From Octopus sinensis (Eukaryota), in assembly GCF_006345805.1 (NCBI RefSeq), contig NC_042997.1, forward strand, positions 190,960,001 through 191,024,000: a stretch of 64,000 nt of DNA, written 5' to 3'. The notes beneath the pieces were generated by a model. It was given only the letters and a program-made list of their open reading frames with translations, did not search any database and was not told the DNA's origin. Position 1 is the first letter of the stretch, and every line of letters starts with the position of its first letter. The position numbers and the translations under genes were made by a program. Shown here in pieces: positions 1-12,100 of the stretch.

Positions 1-4
1 CTCT

Positions 5-388
5 CTCTTTTACTTGTTTCAGTCATTTGACTGTGGCCATGCTGGAGCACCGACTTTAATCGAGAAAATCGACCCCAGGACTTATTCTTTGTAAGCCTAG
101 TACTTATTCTAGCGGTCTCTTTTTACCGAATCGCTAAGTTACAAGGACGTAAGCACACCAGCATTGGTTGTCAAGCGATGTTGGGGGGGACAAACACAGA
201 CACACATACATATATACATATATACGACGGGCTTCTTTCAGTTTCCGTCTACCAAATCCACTCACAAGGGTTTGGTCGGCCTGAGGCTATAGTAAAAGGC
301 ACTTGCCCAAGGTGCCACGCAGTGGGACTGAACCCGGAACCATGTGGTTCGTAAGCAAGCTACTTACCACACAGCCACTCCTACGCTT
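5..388 (-). mobile_element. tRNA-derived SINE family A (about 390 bp)
   Basis: A box TGGCTGTGTGG, B box GGTTCAGTCCC, CORE-like ccttgggcaagt, (GTAAAAGA)n tail. Other copies about: 2010-2420(-), 4155-4440(-), 7305-7520(-), 19245-19630(-), 20828-21253(-), 21845-22180(-), 23020-23420(-), 24300-24660(-), 28525-28920(-), 32020-32280(-), 42520-43100(-), 43335-43735(-), 46620-46960(+), 51940-53290(-, interrupted), 60745-60900(+). Confidence 0.9.
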
Positions 389-764
389 GAGGAAGAAATT
401 AATATTTGTTTCAGAAAATTTTACCCAGTGGAGTACATTTGTTTATTTATGATTATTTATTATTCGTAGCAATATTACACCACCGAAAACTGAATTTACT
501 TTCCTCATAAACTTTATTTCAATCTTGGCTTTCATTTAGCTGCTGTTAGGCTTCATACAATGAAAGTATTTTTAATGACTCAATATGAAGATAAAAGTGT
601 GAACTGTTCCAACCAAATGGCAGCATAACACAACATCTACCACTCTCCTTGGTCACAAACAGCCAACACGACTTTCCTAAAATATTGTTGAGAAATCTGT
701 TGACATCTTTTTTCAACTATCTAACACATTTACTAAATATCAGTGTCCTTGCTAGAACTTATTC

Positions 765-767
<3 letters not shown>

Positions 768-803
<36 letters not shown>
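768..803. repeat. (TA)n microsatellite
   Basis: Others at about 18638-18679 and 21036-21095; (TG)n at about 60749-60788. Confidence 0.95.
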
Positions 804-1207
804 TTCATTCTTGCATCTGTGGAACATTAAAAGCATATAAAACATCTGATGTCTAAGTTTCAGATATTAAATCTTCTAATGATGCAATCAATTTGTACAT
901 TTTCTACAAAAATGTTGTCAAAGGCTGCTACTATATTTGAAATGTCTTTGATCAATCACCGTAAGTCTTTCTTTTTTTCCAGAAAAAGTCATTTCAATAT
1001 AGAAATCATCCTCATCATCATTATCATTTAATGTCTATCTTCAATGCTGGCATAGGTTGGATGGTTTCACATGATCTAATGGGTCCAGGGACTGTATCTT
1101 GCTCCAATGTCTGTTTAGGCATGGTTGGATGCCCTTCCTAATGCCAAATAAAAGGCAATAAAAGCCTCTTACCTCTGTAGAGTTGTAGAAATCTAAATTT
1201 ACTCAAT

Positions 1208-1599
1208 ACTAGCAGTATCACCCAGCGTTGCTCGTGTTTGTTTCGACCCTTTACAATTGGAATTTTTGGAAAGTAAATATTTTGCATTATGTAGCTTGTT
1301 ATTCTCTTTAAGTGAACATTTTTCTGGTTGAAATACAGCGAAAAATGGCGACACAGCAGTCAAAAAATCGTAAAAAATTGGGATTTTCATAGAAAAAAAA
1401 CACCTTTTTGATGTAAATAATTTTTGGTGTTAACATGGTCTGATTTGAATTTTTTCTTCTATGGAAGGAAGAGCAAGCCTTCTTCTATCATACTCTCAAT
1501 TTTGGTCAACTTGCACCGCAGGGTCTTGGAGGAGATAGTGTTAGTTGAAGGCTACCAAACCTGCCACACACTGACAACTTCAGCTTTATATATAGAGAT
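1208..1599 (+). mobile_element. Helentron-associated non-autonomous element (HINE/Lep1-like)
   Basis: Start actagcagtatcacccagcgttgctcg; end tttatatatagagat; no TSD. Confidence 0.5.
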
Positions 1600-3064
1600 T
1601 TCAACTTTCTCCACCCACTAAACTTGAACTAAGCATTTTGAAATGAGAATTTGTCTAAACAACACCAAGTGTACAAGAATATGTAGGCTCTGACATTCAG
1701 ATCCTTCAATAAACTATTGACAGTAGATAAGGTCATGACAGTTTTGTTTTACACTCTGTTAGCTTTCTTAACTAATCATCACTCTAATAACCTTCTTCCT
1801 TTGAAGATTATGGTCCTTTATTTTGTAATACTGTTAAATCAGTGAAAATTTTAATATCTAATATAATTTTGTCTGGAAATTTACATGAAACTTTCAAAAG
1901 CTATAATTTGATGTTCTCAAAGTCTTTTAGCAAAAACAAGTTCTACACCTCATGCAAAGTGCCCTAACTAATAATCAGACAAATAGGTTGCGATATTCTT
2001 TTTTTTTTTACTCCTTTTACTTGTTTCAGTCAGTTGACTGTGGCCATGCTGGAGCATCGCCTTGAAGGGTTTTAGTTGAACAAATGGACCCCATGACTTT
2101 TTTTTTTTAAGCCTAGTACTTATTCAATCGGTCTCTTTTGCCGAAATGCTAAGTTATGGGAACGTAAACACACCAACGCCTGTTGTCAAGTGATAATGAG
2201 GGGACAAACACAGACACAAAGGCACGCACATAGATATATATATATAAATATATACAACGGGCTTCTTTCAGTTTCTATCCACCATATCCACTCACAAGGC
2301 TTTGGCTGGCCCGAAGCTATATAGTAGAAAACACTTGCCCAAGGTATCACGCAGCGAGACTGAACCCAGAGCCATGTGGTTGGGAAGCAAGCTTCTTACC
2401 ACACAGCCATACTTACACCTACTGTAGAAGATAACACAATATTTCAAAGAGAAACCATAGATACCAAAACTTTAAATATTGCCATTTACAACTCTCAAGA
2501 AATTTCAATGGTCCCTTGTCTGTAGCATCCTTTTTAAAACTATTGTTTTGTCATTGGCCTTAGTTATCTCCCTTGCTTAAATAGTTCAATTACACGATAG
2601 GACAGGACATGCCCACTGTTAAGTCGAGAATTGTTTGTCTAATCTTAACAAACTGTGAACAGTTTAACAAATTTATGAAAATGTATAAAAAAAAAACAAG
2701 ATAGAATAGACGAAATAAACATTAACCATATAAATACCTTCCAATGGGCATAGATTACGATTATAAAGAAATTTCGGTTGGGAAATTTTTTTTCCGAGGG
2801 AGTGAGGAGAGGACTTTCGAAGAAAAAGAAATTCATAAATTATTTTTTTTGCTTGAGTGTAATGAGGAAAAAAGTTTGAAAAAATATCTTTTACATTCAT
2901 ATATTTTTCAAGGCTAATGCAGTTTCGCACCTCACCTTCAAAAATTTAATTTACCCCACCCCACCCCAATCTTAAATGTACTGTGTGGCAATTTCATTAA
3001 AGCAGATATGTAAAGTGCACTTTCTATGTTCATTTAGCAAAACTAGAAAGTTTTGATATTGTTA

Positions 3065-4075
3065 AAATCCCCGGCGATCTTTCGTCTCTAGTAGACTTTT
3101 CCGTCGATTTCCGTAAAAAATTTTTTTTTTTTTACATATGGGCTTGCGGGAACTTTTAAAGTAATATACATACATATACACATACACCGAGTAAAAAATT
3201 TCAGTTATCTCTTTCTTTCACACATTACTCTGTCTCTTCACACACACTAACAGAAGCACTTCACTTACACAACATACTGTCTGTCTCCCACACCCCATCA
3301 CACACACACATGTACATCAATGCTTCACATGCACGGTAACTTCAAAAGAATTTCCCTCGTCATACAATCGCTTTCTCTTAGTCTCTTTCGCTCTCATTAC
3401 TTCAAAAGTTCCCGCAAGCCCATATGTAAAAAAAAAAATTTTTTTACGGAAATCGACGGAAAGGTCTACTAGAGACGAAAGATTGCCTCCGGGGCGATCT
3501 TTCGTTTGTAGTAGCACGTTTCCGTCGATGATTTCCGTAAAAAACTTTTATTTTTTTACATATAGGCTTGCGGGAACATTTGAAGTAATGAGAGCGAAAG
3601 AGACTAAGAGGAAGCGATTTTATGACGAGGGAATTTCTTTTGAAGTTACCGAAGCACATATACACATACACCGAGTAAAAAAATTACACTGAATCGGCCA
3701 TACATACATACATACACACACATACATTCAGACATACATATACACATACACCGAGTAAAAAATTACACTGAATCGGCCATACATACATACACACACACAC
3801 ACACACATACATAGATACATACACACATACATAGATACATACACACACACACACATACATGCATACATACATATACACATACACCGAGTAAAAAATTTCA
3901 GTTATCTCTCTCTTTCACACATTACTCTCTCTGTCTCTTCACACACACTAACAGAAGCACTTCACTTACACAACATACTGTCTGTCTCCCACACCCCATC
4001 AAACACACACACACACACATGTACATCAATGCTTCGGTAACTTCAAAAGAAATTCCCTCGTCAAAAAAAATTAAT
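3065..4075. repeat. Complex fold-back / direct-repeat element
   Basis: Hairpin 3334-3651 with arms of about 155 bp; unit repeated at 3075; about 3170-3360 duplicated at about 3870-4070. Confidence 0.8.
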
Positions 4076-4549
4076 ATTTTGTATATAGAAACGGGTAATT
4101 TACTGCACAAATTTTAATAAAATCTTATATGGACCCCGGTTAGGAACCACTTGTTCAGTTAAACAAAGCGATCTCCAGTACTCTTTTTTTCTTTTTAAGT
4201 CTGGTACATATATTGGTGTCTATTGCTGAGCCGCTAAGTTACGGTGACGTTGTCAAGCGGTGGTGAGACACACACACACACATATTCGTGCGACGGCCTT
4301 CTTTTCCGTTTCTGTCCACCAAATCCACATACAAGGTTTAGGGCGCCCCCAGCTATATAGTTGAAGACACTTGTCGAAGGTGTCATACGATAGGGCTGAA
4401 TCTAGAACCATGTGGCTTGGAAGTAAATTTATTACACAGCCATCCATCGAAATTTTCATAGTTTTCTGTGACATTTTATCTTGGATTTAATTTTTCAAGA
4501 TTTACAGTTTAATTTAAACAAATCAATTAACTATCAATGCTGCCATTTA

Positions 4550-4902
4550 AAACAAAAATAAAATCTTGGGTCTCTGTATCTGAAAGTGATTATTTTTAAA
4601 CCTAAGGTACATAAGCCAAATATAATATTCCGTGGAGATAACACAGATTAGCTTTTGGTGTATGTTTTCTTTTACGATTCTATCTCATTGCTCTGTAAAT
4701 CGTTTTAAAATCATGCAAATTTAAAACGAAAAAATCTTGGGTCTCTGTGTCTGAAAATGATTATTTTAAGCCTAAGGTACATAAGCCCAAATATAATATT
4801 CAGTTATGAAAGTAGAGATAACACCGATGAGCTTTGGTGTATGTTTTCTCTCACGATTCATTCTCATTGCCCTGTGAATCGTTCTAAAACCATGCAAATT
4901 TA
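4550..4902. repeat. Diverged tandem duplication, units of about 175 bp
   Basis: aaatcttgggtctctgt...catgcaaattta occurs twice. Confidence 0.85.
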
Positions 4903-5358
4903 CTTCAAGAAGCATTGGCACGCAATCAAACGCTAATGTTGCTAAAACAAAAAACATCCCCAACGACATTTCTTATGTGGCGACGGCATAACAGAGTAAT
5001 ATGATGTTTATTTATTTTTCATATAATTATTAACATTTTTACTTGGTATAATTATCAACATTTAAATTGTTTTTGTCCGTTTGTATTTTTTTTTCTTTCT
5101 ACAGTATCGTAGTTCATGTATATTATCGACTGATCTTAATATTTTTTTCGTATAACAGCATTGTTATTGTTTAATCCTAGATAGGCTTTCATTGACTTCG
5201 ATAATGAAAGGCATTCCAGCTATGACTATCCCAACTTTTCTGAGCTGTGTGTCACCAGCATTATATTATCCATTTCATTTTTCTAACACTAGTGTATGTT
5301 CTGATAGAGATTTTGTTCCTATTGCTTACAGGTCGTTGGTTTGACATTGTTATTACTT

Positions 5359-5757
5359 ACTAGCAGTATCGCCCGGCGTTGCTCGGGTTTGTAAGGGAAA
5401 TAACTATATAAGCATTTTTAGAGATGTAAAGTATAATAGCCATCTCAATATGGCTAGCCACAAAGGGGGGGGGGTGTTACTGTAGGTTTTTACGTTCTGA
5501 GATTTAATAATAAATTTTTAGAGAGTTACTTTCCTTATATATGCCAAAAATGCATTAAAAAATGGGAAAAATTGTTGGTAAATTTTTTTTTAAATCGTAG
5601 ACTCATCGTAGACGCGCGCTAATACCCAGAAGGGCTCGATATGAATCACGACTATAAGATACCCGGTTTTGGTTAAACTGCACCGCAAAATGTGAGAGTA
5701 GTTAGGAATCTAAATCGTAGGAGACAGACACACAACTTGACTTTTATATATAAAGAT
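5359..5757 (+). mobile_element. Helentron-associated non-autonomous element
   Basis: Start actagcagtatcgcccggcgttgctcggg (subterminal hairpin); end ttttatatataaagat. A similar 3' end lies at about 33600-33827. Confidence 0.55.
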
Positions 5758-5879
5758 AAGTCCAGATTTTAGCGTATATCCCTAATAGATCCTTAAAAAG
5801 AAAATCTAATGGACAATTTAAAATCTTATGTTTTAGATGAAATAAGTATATATGTGTGTGCATATATATATATATACAG

Positions 5880-6164
5880 GTGGAGCTGCAATGGCCTAGT
5901 GGTTAGGGCAGCGGTTTCGATTCCGAGACCAAGCCTTGTGTGTGTTTATTGAGCGAAAACACCTAAAGCTCCACGAGGCTCCGGCAGGGTGGTAGTGGCG
6001 ATCCCTGCTGTACTCTTTCGTCGCAACTTTCTCTCACTCTTTCTTCTGTTGGCCTGCTCGCTCAGCCAGCGGGGTGGCGTCATTTGAAGGCTAAAAAACA
6101 ATGCGAAGCGCATTGTGACCAGCGATGTGTAGCAACATCTGATAGCCTGGTCGGTCACGTGATA
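5880..6164 (+). mobile_element. tRNA-derived SINE family D (body 1, tail delta)
   Basis: Head gtggag..caatggcctagtggttagggcagcgg, body ttgagcgaaaacacctaaagctccacg. Confidence 0.8.
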
Positions 6165-6540
6165 TGTGGTAAGTAGCTTGCTAACCAACCACATGGTTCC
6201 GGGTTCAGTCCCACTGCGTGGCATCTTGGGCAAGTGTCTTCTACTATAGCCTCGGGCCGACCAAGGCCTTGTGAGTCGATTTGGTAGACGGAAACTGAAA
6301 CAAGCCCGTCGTATATATGTGTGTGTATGTTTGTGTGTCTGTGTTTGTCTCCCTAGCATTGCTTGACAACCGATGCTGGTGTGTTTACGTCGCCGTAACT
6401 TAGCGGTTCGGCAAAAGACACCGATAGAATAAGTACTGGGCTTACAAAGAATAAGTCCCGGGGTCGATTTGTTCGACTAAAGGCGGTGCTCCAGCATGGC
6501 CGCAGTCAAGTGACTGAAACAAGTAAAAGAGAGTAAAGAG
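6165..6540 (+). mobile_element. SINE family A copy
   Basis: Same sequence as 5-388 in the opposite orientation. Confidence 0.9.
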
Positions 6541-6631
6541 TATGTATACATACACACAGAGGTTTGTCGATGCAACAGGGAAAAATAAATCTCAAGAGAA
6601 AGCGCGACTGGAAAGTACTGTTGTTCATACC

Positions 6632-7047
6632 TATTTCTTTATTACCCACAAGGGGCTAAACACAGAGGGGACAAACAAGGACAGACATAGGTATTAAGTC
6701 GATTACATCGACCCCAGTGCGTAACTGGTACTTAATTTATCGACCCTGAAAGGATGAACGGCAAAGTCGACCTCGGCGGAATTTGAACTCACAATGTAAC
6801 GCAGACGAAATACCTATTTCTTTATTACCCACAAGGGGCTAAACATAGAGGGGACAAACAAGGACAGACATAGGTATTAAGTCGATTACATCGACCCCAG
6901 TGCGTAACTGGTACTTAATTTATCGACTCCGAAAGGATGAAAGGCAAAGTCGACCTCGGCGGAATTTGAACTCACAACGTAACGCAGACGAAATACCGCT
7001 AAGCATTTCGCCCGGCGTGCTAACGTTTCTGCCAGCTCGCCGCCTTT
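6632..7047 (-). mobile_element. tRNA-derived SINE family B, head-to-tail dimer
   Basis: 15-bp TSD actgttgttcatacc (6617-6631, 7051-7065); junction at 6814/6815. Confidence 0.9.
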
Positions 7048-8965
7048 TGAACTGTTGTTCATACCGCCGTTCTCCTTAAATGTTTAGAGAGAGCGAAAAA
7101 CGGGCTTTAAAATGATATATAAAGTCAAAGTAATTTAACGAAAATTAATTTGAATCTACATAATTTAAAACCAAAATTTAAAACTGCACAAGAACTTTTT
7201 TGACAACCTAATATATATTATTGTTTATGGCCTGTCAGGGAGTTACCATTGGTTTCACACCTATAATGCTCTTTAGCAATATAGGGGACTTGTTAGGTCT
7301 ACTGACTGGGGGCAGAGGGACAAACACAGACACACGAACACATACATACATATATACAACAGGCTTCTTTCAGTTTCCGTCTACCAAATCCACTCACAAG
7401 GCATTGGTCGGCCCGGGGCTATAGCAGAAGACACTTGCCCAAGATGCCACGCAGTGGGACCGAACCTGGAACCATGTGGTTGGTTAGCAAGCTACTTACC
7501 ACACAGCCACTCCTGCGCCTAAAATTTCTTTAGATTTGTTTTTAGACTTTGGTTATAATGATTCTGCTAAAAAAGAAAAATGGGCATTCTTATAGAGTAG
7601 TGTTGGAAATTACTTAGTGCACTACAGATTGTAATTTCTTTGGATGTGTTTGTTTCAAGCATCACATTGTGGATTTCAATTCTGAATTTAAGCAAGAGAG
7701 AGAGAGAGAATACAGAAAATTTTGAGGTTGTGGTGGGAATTTTTTGGCTCCTCATCTTTTGTGATTCTTCTAGTTTTTTTGATCTTTTCAGATTTATGTA
7801 ATACATATTTTTTAAGAATCATAATTTTTAGATGCTTAAACATAATTCTGAAAACGTTTGGGGTCACAAAAAAAAGTCAACACTGAAAAGTCACAAAATG
7901 GAAATAGAAGCAAAATTCCATCACCCACCACCTCTTTAAAAAACCCTTTTGTATCATAATCTACCATGCTTGAAATGTTATTGCTTGAAGTACTAGATAA
8001 TTTATGACTCAAGCACCCAGCACTTACTGTAAAGTGGTTGGTGCTAGGAAAGGCAGCCAGCTATAGAAACTATGCTAAAGCAGACATTACAGAACAATGA
8101 AGTCTTTGGACACCCACTGGATCCTGTCAAACTATCCAACTCCTGGAAAAATGGAACATGTACATCATGTGATCATTATCATTCATTTAACATCTGTTTT
8201 CTATGCTAGCATGGGTTGGATGGTTTGACTGAGGTCTGGAAAGCCAGTGGTTGCTTTAAGCTCCAATCTGATCTAGCAATGTTTCTACAACTGGATGCCC
8301 TTCTTCACGCCAACCACTCTGAGAGTGTAGTGGGTGCTTTTTACGTGCCACCGGCACAGGAGCCTGTCGGGTGGCCCTGGCAGCAATCATGTTCAGATAG
8401 TGCTTTTTATGTGCCACTGGCACGGGATACTTTTATAGGAATACAAAAAAAATTACTATTGACTCGGGTATTTTGACAGAAAGTATGAAAAGGAGAGAAA
8501 ATCCATGTAAAAAAATTATCAAATAATTGAAATTAAAAGATTTATTTTTATATTATCATAATCACCAATGTTTAAAGCAAATAATTGTGTAAAAAATTCA
8601 AATAAACAAAAACCTATATAAAAAAAAATTACATAATGTTGTGAGAGTTTTTTTCTTTTTGTCAGAATCTCTGATATTTTGAAACGTGATTCCACAAAAT
8701 TTTTAGAAAAAGATTTTCATTGTTGAGGTTTTTTTTTTTTCTTTCTCTGAGAATCATAATCTCCTGTCTTTACAACATAGAAATCTGAAGACAGTTTTAG
8801 AAAGAAAATTAAAAATAAGCTTCATCGGGCAAACACATAATCTGAAACTTCACAAAAATGCTAAATGACCCCCCCCCCACACACACACACAACTATGATA
8901 TTGTTTTTGCATCTTGTTTTGGTTTTTTTCTTTTTTTTTTTAACATTATACTCTCTTATTTGCAG

Positions 8966-9109
8966 GGTTGGGACATAGGTGTTGTTGGGATGAAGAAAGG
9001 TGGGCATCGTGTTTTGGTCGTACCACCAAACCTTGCGTATGGTGAATCAGCCATGGGTATCCAAGTACCACCTAATTCTTCGTTAGTGTTCCAAATTGAA
9101 GTAACTCGG
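8966..9109 (+). CDS. FKBP15: FKBP15 exon a: C-terminal half of FKBP-type PPIase domain
   Basis: tgcag|GGT...CGG|gtaact, phase 0-0; [26 protein letters not shown]...[14 protein letters not shown]. Confidence 0.95.
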
Positions 9110-12100
9110 GTAACTATATTTTTTTTTTATTTCTATCCTTGCTTATTTGTTTCTTCCATTTTATATGGAATTTGTTAGACAATATGGAAGTCCATTGTAT
9201 GTATGTATCACCAGTGTATATCAGCAAGAAAATTGACAACCAAGTGCTTTCTTGTTTCTTTACTGCCCACAGGGGGCCACATGCAGAGGGGACAAACAAG
9301 GACAGACAAACGGATTAAGTCGATTACATCAACCCCAGTGTGTAACTAGTACTTATTTAATTGATCCCGAAAGGATGAAAGGCAAGTTGACCTTGGCGGA
9401 ATTTGAACTCAGAACATAGCAGCAGACGAAATACCTATTTCTTTACTACCCACAAGGGGCTAAACACAGAGGGGACAAACGGATTAAGTCGATTATATCG
9501 ACCCCAGTGTGTAATTGGTACTTATTTAATCGACCCTGAAAGGATGAAAGGTAAAGTCGACCTTAGCAGGATTTGAACTCAGAACGTAGCGGCAGACGAA
9601 ATACCTATTTCTTTACAACCCACATGGGGCTAAACACAGAGAGGACAAACAAGGAGAGACAAATGGATTAAGTTGATTCTATCGACCCCAGTGCGTAACT
9701 GGTACTTAATTTAATCGACCCTGAAAGGACGAAAGGCAAAGTCGACCTCGGCGGAATTTGAACTCAGAACGCAGCGGTAGACGAAATACCGCTAAGCATT
9801 TTGTCTGGCTGCTAACGTTTCTGCCAGCTCGCCGCCTTTAGTAAACTTTCTAATAAACATTCCTTGTGGCATTCATTCTACCCATGTTGAACAGTCATTC
9901 CCATCAGCTCCAATGCAGAGAGCCAATGATTGACTTTTGAGAAGACTGTAACCAATGCCACTATTGTTCACAAAATGTGGTTATAATTTAAATTAATTAG
10001 ACTTACCTTCAACATCAATGGAAATTGTAGCTGTGATACCAGTGCCGGTGGCACGTAAGAGAACTATCCGTACATGGCCATTGCCAGCACCGCCCCGACT
10101 GGCCTCCGTGCCAGTGGCACATAAAAAGCACCATCCGATTGTGGCCGTTGCCAGCCTCGTCTGGCACCTGTGCAGGTAGCACGTAAAAAGCACCCACTAC
10201 ACTCACGGAGTGGTTGGCGTTAGGAAGGGCATCCAGCTATAGAAACACTGCCAGATCAGACTGGGCCCGGCACAGCTTTCTGGCTTCCTAGACCCCAGTT
10301 GAACTGTCCAACCCATGCTAGCATGGAAAACGGACGTTAAACGATGATGATACACTACTCTGCATATCTCTATTTTAGACTGCCTTCATTTGTTTTCATG
10401 ATTAAAATTTCTGAGCACACTGAAAGCCACCGCCTCTCTGGGTGGGGTTCTTACAGAGTATAATAAAGCTGCTTATATAATCTGGTTTCCAATTTAAATG
10501 TAACTTTGCCATCTTTTTGTTTACTCTACAGGTAAAATTATCTAAAAGTGAAGAGACATCAGAGCCAAGTGTTGCTTCTGACTCTGTTATGCAATCTCCA
10601 TCTGAAACTGGGAACTTTGATTCAGATGGAGCTCCAACTGAAGAGACTGTTAAAAGCAGATCTCGATCTATTAATGAACAGTTGGCACAGGTAATTTCTT
10701 TTAATTATAAATTAAATTCAAAATGATTTTCCAGTACCAAATACTTTGTTATAAATGATCAATATAATAATGATAACACTGTGTAACATTTTTTTTTTGT
10801 CTTTGGTCAATAAGTGTTTTTTCCTATTTGTTTCTGTCTAGAAATCAAAGGAAATGACTACTATTCCCGTCAAACTTTGCTTTTGTGACCTGGTCATCAA
10901 TGTTTTGAAACTGACCAGTTTTCCATTACATTTCAGACACATTCAGCACTGAGTTGCTGAAGCAGAAATATCATCATCATCATCATCGTTTAGCATCTGC
11001 TTTCCATGCTGGCATGGGTTGGATGGTGCAACTGGGGTCTGGGAAGCCAGAAGGCTGCACCAGGCCCAGTCTGATCTGGCAATGTTTCTACGGCTGGATG
11101 CCCTTCCTAACACCAACCACTCGATGAGTGTAGTGGGTGCTTTTTACATGCCACCAGCACAGGTGCCAGACGAGGCTGGCAAACAGCCACGATCGGATGG
11201 TGCTAGTAAATATTCTGCTCAACACCACAGATTTGCTTGCTAGTTGCTTGACCACAAGGTTTCTTGACCTTAACAAGTTTAGCATTTCCCTTAGTGGCTG
11301 ATAATATATGAAACTCAGAGCAGGAGTAGTGGAGGAGCATCATAACCATGTGTTGAGAGGGATTCTTTAGGGTTTGAATAAATGTAACGAAAGCAAAGTA
11401 TAAAGGAGATATTAGCCATTTTTCATACAAATAGAAAATAAAAGTTGCTACACAAGGACAAAAACCGTGTTACACTGTGTATATGGAGCACTCCGTCAGT
11501 TACGACGACGAGGGTCCCAGCTGATACAATCAATGGAACAGCTTGCTCGTGAAATTAACGTGCAAGTGGCTGAGCAATCCACAGACACGTGTACCCCTAA
11601 CGTAGTTCTCAGGGAGATTCAGCATTACACATACTGTGACAAGGCCGGCCCTTTGAAATACAGGTACAACCCACTTTTGCCAGCTGAATGGACTGGAGCA
11701 ATGTGAAATAAAGTGTCTTGCTCAAGGACACAACGCATCGCCGGGAATTGAACTCACGACCTTACAATCGTGAGCCGAATGCCCTAACCACTAAGCCACA
11801 CACCTTCACAGTGTAATTTCAAATCTATTAACCAAGTCTGTTTTTTGGGTTTTTTTCCAGTCTCCTAAAAGTGATAAAGCCCGACTAATATCTCGAATGG
11901 CACGGATGGGGCAACCTATGTTGCCTGTAGCCGGAGTTTCGGTTTCTTTAGCAAGTGGTGACAGTGAAACTGAAGATACACTGGTAAGTGACTATCCAGA
12001 GAAATTGGCATTTAATCCTTTATATTTCTTTATTGCCCACAAGGGGCTAAACATAGAGGGGACAAACAAGGAAAAACAAAGGGATATCAACCCCAGTGCG

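Noticed and set aside
6815-7000. HDV-like ribozyme starting at the family B junction (GGTATTT can pair with AAGTACC)
   Set aside because: A 7-bp P1 is possible, but I could not find the required P3/L3, P1.1 GG and J4/2 arrangement.
1-8965. Upstream FKBP15 exons (N-terminal domain, first half of FKBP domain) or a promoter
   Set aside because: No convincing spliceable segment with the expected motifs found by eye; probably outside the window, though a short exon could have been missed.
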